Assembly (NCBI GenBank): GCA_000388065.2
Contig: KB932241.1
From: Fonticula alba ATCC 38817
Lineage: Eukaryota > Protista > Nucleariida
Length of the DNA stretch: 6,423 nt
Reading direction: 5' to 3' (one strand)
The notes below the pieces were generated by a model that was given only the letters and a program-made list of their open reading frames with translations, searched no databases and was not told where the DNA came from. Below, piece after piece: positions 5,780-6,423 of the stretch. Position 1 is the stretch's first letter, and the number at the start of each line of letters is the position of its first letter. Made by a program: the position numbers and the translations under genes.

Positions 5780-6408
5780 GCTTCGGCGCCCGGGGCGCCC
5801 GGGCGCGCCTGCATCACGGTGGCCGCCAGCTCCGGCACGGCGGAGCCCACCTGGAAGACGCGCTCGGTGCGATCGATGCATTGGCGGCGGAGGAAGAAGA
5901 GCCGCTCCCGCAGGGCATGTAGCTCCTCGACCGACAGCCGGCCGAGCGCATGCGAGATGGCCATGCTGCTGCCCGGGAGCGGGGCCAGATCCGGCTCCAA
6001 GGTCCACCGGGGCACCAGCTGCCCCGGGCCGCGCCCAGGAGCCGGGACCAGATCCCCGGGACCGGTCCCGAAGGAGGGCCCCCGGCCGGGGCCAGGACGC
6101 CCGCCGGGGCCTGCGCCGCTGGCCCCAGGCCCCGGGCTGGGGGCCGACAGCGAGGGCACCGGCGCGGGCCGATGCACCCGCGGCTTGGGCACCAGCCCCG
6201 ACAGCGAGAGCACCGGCGGGGAGGGCAGCGCCGGGGCGGCCGGCCGCCCGCTGGCCCCGGCCGCCGCCGCCAGCCCGGCCCCGGAGAAGATGGCCACCAG
6301 GCGCGCATGTTCCGAGGACAGCCCACGCCCCGGGGCCCGGGAGGACGGGTCGCCGGCCGTGGCCGCGGCCACCTGGCCCGGCTCGGTCTTCACGGGGACC
6401 GGGGGCAT
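5780..6408 (-). CDS. ADA3: ADA3 exon 1 (629 nt from ATG 6408; may extend 5' beyond the window)
   Basis: ATG at 6408-6406. Encodes the amphipathic helix GRLSVEELHALRERLFFLRRQCIDRTERVFQV (5943-5848), resembling the recalled TADA3 N-terminal helix (GIEELDTLQLELETLL...RRLRVL). Donor GTACGC at 5779-5774 is followed by a C-rich tract. No in-frame stop between 6423 and the ATG, and -3 is C, so the start is unconfirmed. Confidence 0.7.
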
Positions 6409-6423
6409 GAGGCGGGATGCGCG

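Noticed and set aside
4499-6007. 502-aa minus-strand ORF as an independent gene
   Set aside because: It is a composite of off-frame exon 1, introns, and true exons 2 and 4. Its poly-Pro comes from the intronic C-runs.
1-6423. Herpesvirus/actinobacterial origin suggested by extreme GC and Pro/Gly-rich protein
   Set aside because: Spliceosomal introns with branch points and an Ada3-family product indicate a eukaryotic nuclear gene. There are no viral genes, RBS or operon features.

Overview
A very GC-rich (roughly 80% by eye) eukaryotic window occupied almost entirely by one minus-strand, intron-containing gene: ADA3/TADA3/NGG1, the adaptor subunit of the Gcn5 histone-acetyltransferase module of SAGA/ATAC. 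I recognised it by eye from Ada3-family motifs, with no database search. The ORF track misses the true structure: its 1446-aa ORF starts at a TTG inside an intron. By hand I reconstructed five phase-consistent exons (6408-5780, 5651-5626, 5497-5416, 5198-4929, 4774-454). They total 5328 nt, or 1775 aa plus stop, and the frame stays open to the window edge, so the true start could lie further upstream. Notable points: (1) the protein is about four times the length of human TADA3, with a ~535-aa low-complexity insert splitting the Ada3 domain and a ~385-aa C-terminal tail; (2) all four donors are GTRCGY (C at +4); (3) the pyrimidine tracts are C-rich; (4) three of four branch points are distant, up to ~156 nt with a ~110-nt poly-C block; (5) there is a 26-nt micro-exon. 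The long overlapping ORFs look like GC-driven shadows. I found no RNA genes, mobile elements or CRISPR arrays. I see no evidence for a wholly new system; the best leads are the unusual splice-signal architecture and the expanded Ada3.
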